From Nemertoderma westbladi (lineage: Eukaryota; Animalia; Xenacoelomorpha): a DNA stretch of 64,000 nt. Positions within the stretch are counted from its first letter, which is position 1. Every line of letters starts with the position of its first letter. The stretch lies in the NCBI GenBank assembly GCA_032718475.1, contig JAUCBJ010001848.1, positions 30,884-94,883 of the forward strand, in the 5' to 3' direction. The position numbers and the translations under genes were made by a program. Shown here piece by piece: positions 1-11,769 of the stretch. A model generated the notes under the pieces. The model had not been told where the DNA came from and searched no databases. It worked only from the letters and a program-made list of their open reading frames with translations.

Positions 1-1411
1 CCGTAGCTCTCCATCCCTCTAGCTCCCTTAACTTCCTTGGCGGTTGGTCGCCTTCGGCGCCCGCTGGTATGGGCATCGCTTGCAACCCCGACATCGACTG
101 TTTCGGCGATCCCACCGTCCATCCCAATTCTCGCCCTAGAGAATCCCCCGAACTCCCTGACGAAGTCCAATGAAGTTCGTCTAAGCCTGCCTGTTCCTCG
201 AAGCCGTAACTCTGCGTCCTGGCCTCCTCTTCCCTCTCCTCTGCTTCTATCCTCTCCCGTCTAGCGACTTCTTCCAGTCGCTTTGCTTCTCGTCTATCCG
301 TTTCTAGCTGCTCCCATCTCTGATACGGCGTATCTGTCTCCCCGTCTACCAGATGTCGGCTGTTGTAGTACACCGACTCGCCCTTCAGCCCCGGGTGGTC
401 TACCAGACCGTCAAAGGCCATTTTAAAGGCTCTCCTGTAGCTTAGGGGTGATCCCGATAACAGAAATGCCGCTGGTTCCCTCTCGATAACCACGGTCATA
501 AATAAGTTAAGCAAACTTATCATCATCCAATCTTCCTGCAGGATATATCGCTTCTGATATACCTTTATCGCTCCTCTGCGGAATTGATATACCTCTTGCT
601 TTCCCGGTCTCGCTCCCCACTTTAGCGAGTTCGCTAGTTCTGCTCCGTATTCTTCCCTGAACCTCCCCCAGTCCATCGGTTTGTGGCACACGAGCCCCAA
701 TAGTTGGCCCATTGCCACCGCCCCGCATTGGCCTGTGTTTTCGACTACCCCCAACCCATCCGGTGCCGTCATAGCCATGAAGACCTTCTGCATATCCAGG
801 AGGTTGGTGGCGTCTGGACTGATGATTCTCTCCGCGTCCTCGCGAATCGCCGATCCTACTTTCGTCGTCGACTTCTCTCTTACCAAGACTTGTACCGCTT
901 TCGGCAACCGGTTTAGTTTCGGCTCGTCCTTCTTCCCATACGTTCCTAGATCGAATAAGAAGATGTCCCCATTTGGCGCGGCCAAATGTAGGAGTACGGT
1001 CCTGGCCGACCCCGCCGATCCTCGTCTCGAACCCTCCTCGTCTTCCACGGTTCCCTCGTCGTCTAGGATCATATATCCTCCCCTGTTGACGGACTCTATG
1101 AATCTCTTCCAGTCCTTCCTCGGTGATTCCCTCGGGTACTTCGGAATCCCGAACTTCGCCTCGTCCCCTTTCACCACGTAGTGGAAGTGTTGGAAGATTG
1201 CGTTGTCCAGCGACGGCGTCCCGTATGTCCCGACCAGCCGCTGTTCGTGCATCTCCCGGAAGTGATCCTGCAGCGCTCGTGCCGCGTGACCCCTTTCCAA
1301 CCTCTCGTAGTATCCTCTCATCTTCTCTTCCGGGTCTCTCTCGGTGAAATCCACCAGTATCTCCTTTCCTCCTGACTCCGCCTTTCTCTTTCTGATCAAT
1401 TTGCTCGCCAT
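1..1411 (-). CDS. BEL1 accessory ORF: DnaQ/DEDDy-like (WRN/EXD-type) 3'-5' exonuclease, open to the window edge (>=470 codons)
   Basis: Manual translation from ATG 1411 (MASKLIRKRK...) has no stop before base 1; motifs YMILDDEG (ExoI), LPKAVQVLVREKSTTKVGSAIREDA (ExoII), NLLDMQ, QKRYILQED (ExoIII-like); colinear with ORF 24318-24866. Confidence 0.8.
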   Translation of the reverse strand, partial: MASKLIRKRKAESGGKEILVDFTERDPEEKMRGYYERLERGHAARALQDHFREMHEQRLVGTYGTPSLDNAIFQHFHYVVKGDEAKFGIPKYPRESPRKDWKRFIESVNRGGYMILDDEGTVEDEEGSRRGSAGSARTVLLHLAAPNGDIFLFDLGTYGKKDEPKLNRLPKAVQVLVREKSTTKVGSAIREDAERIISPDATNLLDMQKVFMAMTAPDGLGVVENTGQCGAVAMGQLLGLVCHKPMDWGRFREEYGAELANSLKWGARPGKQEVYQFRRGAIKVYQKRYILQEDWMMISLLNLFMTVVIEREPAAFLLSGSPLSYRRAFKMAFDGLVDHPGLKGESVYYNSRHLVDGETDTPYQRWEQLETDRREAKRLEEVARRERIEAEEREEEARTQSYGFEEQAGLDELHWTSSGSSGDSLGRELGWTVGSPKQSMSGLQAMPIPAGAEGDQPPRKLRELEGWRAT

Positions 1412-1892
1412 TCCGAACACTCACTCGCTCACCTGTAAGGTGGTGCCTTACCAAGGCGCAATACAGATGAGTGATGTATCTAAGATGTTCTGTACGGTCC
1501 GATAATGGCCTATTCCTTACTTAACTGCGCCTTTTAGCCTAAATTATTACTAATTAATTCTGAAGCTAGTAAATACACCCTAATTTCAATTTCTGTCAGT
1601 TACTTTTATTATGTTCCAGAATAACTTTCCTAGTGTTGCCATAATTTGTAACTTTCAGCCCTATCTTATTTATTTTAGTTTAGTTTTAATTCTACTGTCC
1701 TACTACTTACTATTGCCTATGGATTGTTCTATTCTCTAATCCACATTCTGGCCTACTCTGTGGGCCTGTGCAGCACAGCAGTATTCGTCGCGTGGCCACA
1801 CGATTTACCCAGCTGTACTCATATGCCCCCCTCTCGCTACTAGCTGCTAACTAATATCTATATCTTATATATACCCTTCTACCTCTTACTCT

Positions 1893-2420
1893 CTCTCTAA
1901 CTAACGGTACTACGTACCCTCTAACTCTCTAACTAACGGTACTACATACCCTCTAACTCTCTAACTAACGGTACTACGTACCCTCTAACTCTCTAACTAA
2001 TGGTACTACGTACCCTCTAACTCTCTAACTAACGGTACTACGTACCCTCTAACTCTCCAACTAACGGTACTACGTACCCTCTAACTCTCTACTTAACGGT
2101 ACTACGTACCCTCTGACTCTCTACTTAACGGTACTACGTACCCTCTAACTCTCTAACTAGCGGTACTACGTACCCTCTAACTCTCCAACTAGCGGTACTA
2201 TGTACCCTCTAACTCTCTACTTAACGGTACTACGTACCCTCTAACTCTCTAACTAGCGGTACTACGTACCCTCTAACTCCCTAACTAACGGTACTATGTA
2301 CCCTCTTACTAACTAATTAACTAACTGACGGTACTACGTACCTTCTAACTCTCTCCTAACTAGCGGTACTACGTACCTCCTAACTAACTAACTAACTAAC
2401 TGATGGTACTACGTACCTTC
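1893..2420. repeat. 32-bp tandem array (~16 units) containing a GGTAC-TAC-GTACC hairpin
   Basis: Unit CTCTAACTCTCTAACTAACGGTACTACGTACC; GGTAC recurs every 32 nt from 1906 to 2290, then at 2330, 2365 and 2405. Confidence 0.97.
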
Positions 2421-2571
2421 TTACTGACTAACTTCTGCCTACTAACTGCGTACCTACTATGTACTATTATTTTATTTTTATTTTTATTTTTTTGTGTGGG
2501 AAGGGCGTCTCGCCCTCAATCCCACCCCCCTCAGTCCAAATCTTGGACGACTAAACTCTACTCTAACTCCA

Positions 2572-5500
2572 CTAAGGTGCCCCTTCTAACAGACAGCATT
2601 TCCCTACAGCTCTCCTGTAGGTTTTTCTGTCCTTCGCACCTATCTTACCACCTATCCGCACTTCTACCGATCGGACTCTTCCGTCCTCGTCGGAGTAAGT
2701 GCCTACAACTCTCGCCAACCGCCACTGGTTGTTGATGATAGTATCATCCGTAACGATTACGAGATCTCCCTCTCTTAACTCCCTATTTGGTTTCCTCCAC
2801 TTACTCCTTTTATGGAGTGTGGGTAGGTATTCCTCTACCCACCTCCTCCAATATTATTGCTTTAGCGACTTTCCAACTTTGGCGGGAGTGTATGTCATCT
2901 GGGTCTACACCCCGCATATCGATGGTCGCTGGCCTTTCCATCAGAAAATGGCTAGGCGTCAGCACGTCTAGTGACTCAGGGTCATCATTCTCTGGGTATA
3001 GCGGTCTGCTATTAATGATCCCCTCGCACTTCGCAAGCACTGTCCGTAAGACGTCCTCAGTGACCATGTGGGTGTTCATTAGCTTCGTCATTAGACGCTT
3101 TGAACTACCCACCAGTCTCTCGACGCATCCTAGTGTATGTGGCGCATACGGCGTCCTTCTCTCCCACTTTACTTGTCGTAGTCTCATGGCCGCCCTGACT
3201 TCCTCCCCTTCCAAGATGTCCAAGGCCTCTGCCATCTCATTCTCTGCGCCCACAAAGTTGGTGCCGTTGTCGCTGTATATCACTGCGATCGTCCCACCTT
3301 TGCGGTCTCTAAACCTTTCTAAGGCATTAATGAATGCTGATGCGGTTGCATCTTGGGCAAGTTCTATCCCTACCACCCGCGTGTTGTTACATACGAAGAT
3401 GATACCGTAGCGTTTCTCCGTGTGCCGCATCACCTTGATCTTTATCGGCCCGAACATGTCCACACCGCAATGCGTAAATGGCGGGTCGTGCTGTCTTACT
3501 CTACTCGCCGGTAGTGGCGCCATCTCTTGTATGGCTCGCTCCTTCTTCGCTCGTCAGCAGGTCTGGCACTGCCCCACCACCGCTTTTACCTTCTTCCTCA
3601 ACTGTTTGACCCAAAAGGTCCTCCTTATCTCGGTGAGGGTTCGGTTGGTGCCCCCGTGCAATATCGACTTATGGGAGTCCCAGATAATCTGGTGAACTAT
3701 TGGCGATCCTGTTGGAATGATGATGGGTTTCGGTGGTATGATTATGCTGTTGTTGTATCCCACCCTAGAATTCATTACTAGAATCCCGTCGTCATTAAGT
3801 TGTGGCGACAGCGTGATCAGCTCGCTGTCCCATCGGAGGTGCTGTTGGTTACCGACGCGTTCTACCTCGTCGCCATAGTTCTTCTGTTGTTCATAGCGGA
3901 TGACTGCCTTGGCCGCTCCTTCCAGATCTATGGATGTCCTGATCTTCTTGTCTTTGCCAACTCCCGCGAGGAAATTCCCGAAGGCTCTCCAGTACGCCAC
4001 TAGTTTCTTGGTCTTATACCAACTAGAACTGTAGCTGAGGAGTTTATCCGTCGGGTTACCGCACAGTTCTTCTGATTTTGGTTGCACGTCCCTAATCTCC
4101 CTCACCATCTGGGAGTATATCTCTTCTCTCTCTGAATCTCCCTCTTCTCCCTCCGACACTACTTCTGAGCCCGGGTCCACCTTTCTCATCGGCGGCCAGG
4201 CCTCCGTTATTCGCTCAGAAATTGTGGCCCATGTTGCCACAATACTTCCTTCTTCAAGAAAGTGTGGCGTACCACGCCCCTCGACAACAAGTCCGCTGGG
4301 TTCTCGTCCGTTGGGCAGTAGTGCCACCTTTCCAGTTCTGTGGTCGCCCTTATTTCGTCCACTCTATTTGCGATGAATATTGGGTATCTCGTCCTTTCGT
4401 TAGGTATCCAACCAAGTACTACCATGGAGTCCGTCCAGTAGTGTGTCTCCACTATGTTGGGAATAGTATCCACTAGGTAGGCTGTGGCTCTAACTCCTAG
4501 TCTCGCAGCTGTCAATTCTAACTTGGGAACTGATGCAGGAACTGGTGGCGTTGACTTTGCTTTGCTAAAGGCTAGTCTGGGCTTATGAGCCCCCTCTCGT
4601 TGTACTAAGTAGAGTGCCGCTCCGTACGCCTCCAACGACGCATCGGAGAACATGTGTAGGTCCAGATTTGTCATGTTCCCATCCGGGAAATACACTCGTG
4701 GCATGTTGTATGTTCCCATCTTCTCCAAGTCTCCTGTCCACTTACTCCACTGTTTCTTGATTTCCTCTGGTACCTCTACGTCCCACTCATCCTTCAATTT
4801 GTATACTCTCTTGAGTATCTGTTTCCCCGTGACTAATAATGGGGATGCTAGGCCTAGGGGATCGTATATCCTTGCTATATACGATACATAGCCCCTCTTC
4901 GTGTGGATGTCTGCGCCCTCCTGGCTCAGCTGATACTTCAGTTCGTCTGTCTCTCTGTTCCACACGATTCCCAATGCCTTCTGTTGAGATTCTGTTCTCT
5001 TATTCGCCATGTCCTGCCCTTTGGCTGTTGTGGGATTATCCATGGTCGATTCTGGTCTCTTGTCCTCTATCGCCTTGATAAATTCTTCTGAACTGGATTG
5101 GAATTTGGTCAGGTTAAAGCCGGATCCTTTTAGGATGTCGCGAACCTCGCGCCCTGTGTCCAGTATCTCCTTAACCGTATTTCCAGACTCCATTCCGTCG
5201 TCTACGTAGAAGCCGCATCGAATCATATCGACGGCCCTAGTGCTGTATCTATCTTCCTTCCCCTTCACTGTGTCTCTGACTGCCGTAGTCGTCGTAAATG
5301 AAGACGACTTGGCCCCCATGTTTTGTACTACCATCTTATATGCCGGTATTATCGACGGTTCTTCCTCGCCGTTATACCATAAGAAGCCCTGACTGTCGCT
5401 ATCTTCCTCCATTACATGGACTTGGTTGAACATGCCTTCTATGTCACACGTGAAGGCGTGTTTCCCGTTTCTAAATCTAAGTAGCACCTCTATGCCCGAG

Positions 5501-8500
5501 TTGTATATGTTTGGGCCTTCTAACAGGTAGTCGTTTAAGCATTTTCCGTTGGTCTTTGCCGATGCGTCAACTACCATCCGCAGTTTACCTTTCTTTGGGT
5601 CTAAAGCCACGTGGAGTGGCAGGTAATATGTCCTGTCTGTGTTCGGTTCATCGACCGGTAACTCCACGGCCCATCCTTTCTCGACGTACTTCTTGATCGT
5701 TCTGTGGATGTACTCATTCTTCTCGGGGCTCCGTTTTAGTGTTTGTTTCAGCTTGCGGAGTCTCGTGAGTACCATCCCTCTATTATCGGGCAGTGGTATC
5801 TTCGGTAGTTTCCATACCATTCCTATAGTATACCGCCCCTCATCGCATGTCATCGATTCCTCCACGCTTTGTAAAGCCTGCTTGCCTTCTACCGAGGTCC
5901 CGACCCCTGTCTCTTTCAGTCCCTCGAAATCTTGTCTGAGCAATCTTTTAAGCTGCTCCTCTGCTCCCTCATCACCCATTTCCTGCATTGTTCCCGCGAA
6001 CATGCATCCTGATGTCTCCGACATCCTAAATGGTATCTTGCTCTTGATTGGGCCACTCAGCGTCCACCCGAATGGTGTTAATATCGCCACTGGGTCACAC
6101 TGCTTGTCTTCGCCGAAGACCGTTTGCATTCTTTCGTGGGCCGTTGGGCAGTCCATTCCTACTATGATGGATACCTTCCTAACGTCCACATCTGGGATTG
6201 AGAAGTCAATGTCGTCCAGGAATTTATATTGCTCGACCTCAATGTTGGTTGGCCGCCTGGCATTGATATTAATTGACTCTATCACTTGGATGGGGTCGAT
6301 GGTTGCCCCATAGTCGCATCCCGGTGCCACCGCTGCAATTGCGCACCGTCCTGTTCTCATCTCCAGGATCTCATCTTTGCTAGAGATGGTTGTTACCGCC
6401 ATTCTGCTTGGCCTCGTTCTCAATCCTATCTCTTCGGCCACCCATTCCTCGACTAATGTGAAGGCAGCTCCACTATCAACCAGCATTAGTGTTGTTACTG
6501 ATCGATTGCCTTCTCCAATCACTCGCACGGGTACTACTCCAAGTAACACCGTTCCGCTCTTCTTCGCCCCTACTGTGCTCGTTGCCATCGTCTGGCCTCT
6601 CCTCTGACCAAACTTGACCGGCTTCTCCTTGCATTCCCTTGCTCTATGTCCACTCATCACACATCGCGAGCAGATTTTATTGCTCAACGCATAATCTATC
6701 TGATCTTGCCTAGGTAGCGCCTGCCAGTACCTGCAGTTCATGGTTTGATGAAGCGCATTTGCGTGTAGCTGGCATTTGCTCTTTGGGTCGTAGCCCTCCT
6801 TATACAGCGCATTGCGTATCGCAGCTGCGTTTGTACCAAAGTCCCTACTATTCTTATTGTTTGGATTCGGCCTACTGGACGTACTGGGGTTATATTTATT
6901 CGTGTTGTTGTTGTTCCCCTGTCCGTTCCATGGTGTTGTCTTATCTTCGGCTAGCTGTGGACTTGCAGTCCCCTGCGTCGCTGCATATGGCAATGATTGC
7001 CTGAGCCTCGGTAATGTGCTTGATGTATTGTGCTCTGGTTTCGGTCTATGGTAATCCGTCTTCGGTCCCTTTCCCAGGCTATCTTCGCTATAGACTGGGT
7101 CAGTTATTAGTTCAGCCTCGTAGTTTAAGAAGCTTGACATTTCTTCTAAACCCGGTTCCGCACCCTTCTTGTCTCGAGTGGAGAAGGCGATCTTCCTCCA
7201 CTTGTTGCGCAGCCAGTTCGGTAGTGCCTGCGCTATCGTGGTGATGTTGTTGGACGCGTTGAGCTCATATGGCGCGTCTAGTGTCTTCAGCACGATTAGC
7301 GCCTTTTCGACTCTGTTAGCGAACGTCTTAATGCTAACGGGATTATCCTGTAGGCCACCCGATGTTATGCCTCTCAGTGTCTGTCTGATGATCTTGGCCG
7401 GGTGCCCGTATTCCCTGTCCAGTGCCCGCCATGCTGTCGTGAAGCCGCCCTCTATTCCTTGATATTGCCTCACGATGTCGTATGCTGGGCCTCCCGTGTA
7501 TACTTGCAGATACTTTAGGCACTCCGCCTGCGTCAAGTTTTTTGTTAGTATTTCGTTACTATACATGCGCCGAAACTGTAGATATTCTTCCGGCCTACTC
7601 CCATCGAATTTGAATGGTTCCACGGGTGGTAACTCGATCCTCGTTTTCAACGCATCGATCAACATGGCCATCCCCATCGCCTGCGCTTCCAATGGATTCG
7701 ATGGATGCTGTATAGTTTCTCCTGTCTGGTGCGGTTCGTCCGTCCTATTTCTTGATTTTCTTTGACTTGGGTATGTCATCGGGGGTAGCGGCCCCCTCCA
7801 TATCTCTGTGTCACACGACCTATTTTCATCCAAGGGTCTCGTTGTTCTTGCTCCTATCGGGGTATATTGTTGATATTGTGATGGGGGAATGTCACCCTGT
7901 CCCCCCCCCCCCCACCGGTATGTTTGGTACTGGGGTTGATGTTAATATGTTGGGGCCCATACACCTATCCACAATAATTCCCCCCTCCCCTGGGTATATG
8001 TTATGTCCCTGCATGCTGTAGTCATACTGCTGTACTGGTACCGATATAGGCCTATCAGCTTCTGGCCTACTCGCCGGTATGTATTCCGCGACTTCCGGGT
8101 TTAATCCCGTTGTCCGCGCTATCCTATCGCCTACATTGCCTCTCCCAGTATGGCCTATGGTATGTGCAGTAAGGCCTACAGTATGTCCTACAGTCTGCAT
8201 GTGTCGCTCGGGATCGAAGTTTATTCTTCTCGAATAATCCTCCCCGTGGCTGCCGTATTCTCGATCGGTAGGTACATTCCGTCGGAAAGTTTCTCTTCGA
8301 CCCCCCTCTCTACTGTTCTCGTCTTCGTACCGGTACATCGCGTACCCCTCCATCGGCGCGTAATGCACCTCATCAGGTCGCATCTCTCCGGGGCGACGGC
8401 AATCTCCCGGAGTCCGACCCCACTGACTCTCCGTTCTCATCTCGACTACCGACGGCTCGCTATCCGTCCTCGCTCTTCTATCGTTCGCGGCGATACTTCT

Positions 8501-11130
8501 ACTACTGTCTTCTCTTCTTCTCCTTTCAGTGGAGTGTTCCCGCTCGTGAGATCTCTCGTCGACCTCCCGGTTAAACCCCACTGTTCTTCTTCCCTCTTCT
8601 GATCGGGCTCGACGCTTCGTCCGCCCTCTCACGACGTCAACCTGTCTCTCTCTGCTCGGTCGCACACCGTTTGGGATACTCGCAATCCCCCTATTACTCT
8701 CCGTCGCCGGGTGTTGCGGTTTACCTATTTCGGCCCGCGCATTATCCGCTGACGGCTGTGGAGCACTCTCTGCCCCCCCCCCCCTTTCGCCGCTAACTCG
8801 CTGTTGTGGGGTTCTTGTAGCACCCCCCCACTCGCCACATCTAACTTCACTATCTCTCATCCCGCTACCACATCCCTCTCTCGTCGACACATCAACCCTA
8901 CCGCGGTTGGGTCTATTCACCCCCGCCTCTCCCTCTGCTAGTGCGTGGCCTACCAGGCCCTCTATCCCCTGCCTACCAACTACGTGGCCTACCAGGCCCT
9001 CGCTGGGTCTACCCAACCCAGCCACTCCCTGCCTATCAACTACGTGGCCTACCATGCCCTCACTGGGTCTACCCAACCCAGGCGCTCCCTGCCTACCAAC
9101 TACGTGGCCTACCAGGCCCTCTCTGGGTTGGCTCAATCCCGCCACTTCCGGCCTACCAATTGTACGGCCTACCAGGCCCCCGCCTGCCTGGCCATACACG
9201 CCCGACGTGTTCACGTTAATAGCACCCATATTGGAAACGGAATTAATTTGTTCGTTTGAAACAAAATCATTTGAATTATTTTGTAAATTCGGGCTTGGAT
9301 CATTATTTAAATTATTTGAATTATTTTGCACGTTCAAATTGAAATTATTATTTGTATTTAAATTTAAATTACTGCTACTAGGTAAAATATTATTTGCTGC
9401 AATAAAAGGATTAGGGTTGTCCAATACGGTACTATTAATATTAATGACGTCTACTATAGAATTATTATTACCCCCCCCCCCCCCCCCCCCCCCCCGCCCG
9501 TACGGTCACACCAGTCTTGGGTCTGTCGGTCCCTGTAAGTGGGGTATTAATAAATGTATCCACGGCCCCTGGCTCCTCGAAAATACTCGAGCTAGCCCCA
9601 CTCTCAGACGCCCCTATTCGCGCCAGTTCCCGTTCGCGCGTGTGTATAGCTTTGTACCCTGTAAGCTCACCTTGACGTTTCTCTAGTTCTTTTCGCTCAC
9701 ACTCCTTCCTTGCCATTCTCTCTTTACACTCCCGTACGTCCCGCTCGGCCAATTCCAACTCTCTTCTAGCCCCCTCCCTTCATCTCGCCTCACGCTCTCT
9801 GCGTTCGTTTTCCTCTCTCTCCTCGCGTTCCTTGCACTCGTTTTCCTCTTTCGCCTCATGTTCCCTACGTTCCGCCTCACGCTCTGTGCGCTCATTTTTC
9901 TCTCTCGCCTCGCGCTCCTTTCACTCGTTTTCCTCTTTCGCCTCACATTCCCTACGTTCCGCCTCACGCTCTTTGCGCTCAATTTTCTCTCTCGCTACAC
10001 GTTCCCTGCGTTCCGCCTCACGCTCTTCTTGTTCCTTCCTCCCTACTTCCTCACACTCCCTAAGGCTTCTCGCGGCCCTTTCGGCCCTCTCTCCGGTTTC
10101 CTTAATCAACGCCATTTCCCTCTCTAGCAGCACTCTCCCCTCCTCTAACCGTCTACCTACTTCCCTTTGACCTTGCTCTATTAAATCGAGACGGTACGTG
10201 GCATTTATCTCTCTCACCCGTCTTCCTTTCGCAGAGGATGTAGCAGACTTATCGGTTGTAACGGATTCCCTCCGCCTCCCCGTCCTACTAACTTTTCCCC
10301 GCCTCCCGGAACTTCCTCTGACCGACGAGGCCGAATCCTCGGGGTTAACCTCGGATTCTTCGTCCTCAGGTCTCTCCCAACCCACTAATTTTACTCCCCG
10401 GGCATCGACTAAGTATGGCCCTACGTACACTACGCTAGGTTCCATACCCCTATACCGCATACAGTCAGACATACAGTCCCTCGGCAACCCCTCTCGCTCT
10501 CTCCTTGGCCAGTTCTCTTTGCCCGAAGCACATTAGGTAATAAAAGTGTCTATTCGACTCACCTAGTCATTTCCTCAGTCTCATCTCGTCTATCTTCGCC
10601 CCCTCTTTGGCCTCCTTTAACAGTTTCTGGGTCGCGTTGTAGGCCCGTCGAAGTCGATCAGAAACCCCGACGTCCTCGTCGCCGACCTCTCTTCTGTCTC
10701 TCCGGGTCCGACATCGTACCGTCGGCCCCACCGTCGCCGTTTCGGTGGGCCGCTCGTCGCCCTCGGCCTGTGGCTGGCCGGTGACATCGGTACTGACATC
10801 TCCTCCATCTCTCCGGGTCCGGCGTCGTACCGTCAGCCCCACCGTCGCCGTTTCGGTGGGCCGCTCGTCGCCCTCAGCCTGTGGCTGGCCGGCGACATCA
10901 GTACTTCGACCCACGTCCCGTGTCGACTCATCTCCTTCTCCCTCCTTTCCGCTCTCTCCTTCTCTCGGCTCGACCTCGGGTTCCAGGCGGCCCCCCTCAT
11001 CCTGAACTGCCGGATGACACGTTACCGATGGGTCCGGCGTTGTGGGCCTGTACCGCCTGGTTGCGGCCTCGCGGATCATTAATTCTTCGTCCGGGGTCCG
11101 CGTCGGCGTTGTCTCTCCCGACTGACTCAT
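2572..11130 (-). pseudogene. BEL1 gag-pol polyprotein, broken by frameshifts and stops (ORFs 10567-11130, 9921-10487, 9468-9758, 7892-9424, 4207-7833, 3554-4327, 2810-3523)
   Basis: Gag (FDGS, CQLH..HQTMNC, CSRC..GHRAREC), PR, RT, RH and IN domains; breaks at poly-C runs (~7901-7913, ~9471-9496), near 4207 and near 2850, plus a TGA after CQTC at 3554. Confidence 0.88.
8935..9180 (-). repeat. 60-bp coding tandem repeat (20-aa GLVGHVVGRQGxxGLGRPSE) in the gag N-terminal extension
   Basis: About 3.5 copies visible in both the DNA and the 7892-9424 translation. Confidence 0.9.
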
Positions 11131-11190
11131 CTCGCTTGGTTCGATTGGTGGAGTTTAGCTAGCTAGGGCGGCAACTCTGAATTTAATTAC

Positions 11191-11740
11191 TGTGACGGGA
11201 TCCAGGAAGGATCCCGGTTTATCCGGTTGTTTAGTTCACGCGTCCCCGCCGTGTGTGAAAGGTAAAAAGAGTTCGTGTCGTTCGTCGTATATAATAATCG
11301 GCTGTACGGGTATATAGATATAGGTATAGATATAGATAATGTTGTCGTACATGGAAGGCGGGATACGGTAATTAAAGTCCCGGTCCTTCCCTAGCTAAAC
11401 TAACTAACCTAACTAGCACCAATACACCATACTAAGATAACTGAACTGAAATGATTACTGCCAACTGGCTATATTGCACGGGTTGGCCTTGTTAGTCTAC
11501 CTAATCGATGCCTTCCCCCCCCCCTGATTGGTTGATACCCTTGTTGGCGCCCTTTGGAGTGTTCCCGTTCACTCCACCTGTTCTCTCTTGGTTAGGGGTT
11601 TGGCCCCTGACCCTCATTGTGTGTTTCTCCTTCCCATTTTGTTGGGGTGGCACGAGTGATTGATTACCCAATCTCGTGGCCCCCAATATTGCTTATCGGC
11701 TTAACTTTATGGGGTGTTAGCGGGATTGAATAAGCTAACA
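11191..11740 (-). repeat. BEL1 5' LTR (~550 bp, TGTTAGC...GTCACA)
   Basis: TG...CA termini; start TGTTAGCTTATTCAAT and end GGATCCCGTCACA match the BEL3 LTR (TGTAAGCGGATTCAAT...GGATCCCATCACA); TATA-like AATATAG followed by TCAGTT initiator. Confidence 0.8.
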
Positions 11741-11769
11741 TACCACAACACCATGAATTACAGCGCGCT

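Larger units (their letters stand above)
1..11740 (-). mobile_element. BEL/Pao LTR retrotransposon BEL1 (5' LTR, long gag-pol, hairpin array, accessory exonuclease gene; 3' end outside window)
   Basis: Pao-type PR (LVDSGA), RT (FYVDD), RNase H (HMFSDAS) and IN (HCGVDMFGP...SDNGTNF) in BEL order; 5' LTR at 11191-11740. Confidence 0.93.

Noticed and set aside
507-1454. 315-aa ORF in the supplied track
   Set aside because: Shadow frame; the neighbouring frame carries the homology to 24318-24866 and the exonuclease motifs
1893-2420. CRISPR-like array (32-bp palindromic repeats)
   Set aside because: Head-to-tail repeats with no unique spacers, no cas genes, and a eukaryotic retroelement context
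2787-10536. Many + strand ORFs opposite BEL1 gag-pol
   Set aside because: Antisense shadows of a GC-rich coding strand with no recognisable motifs
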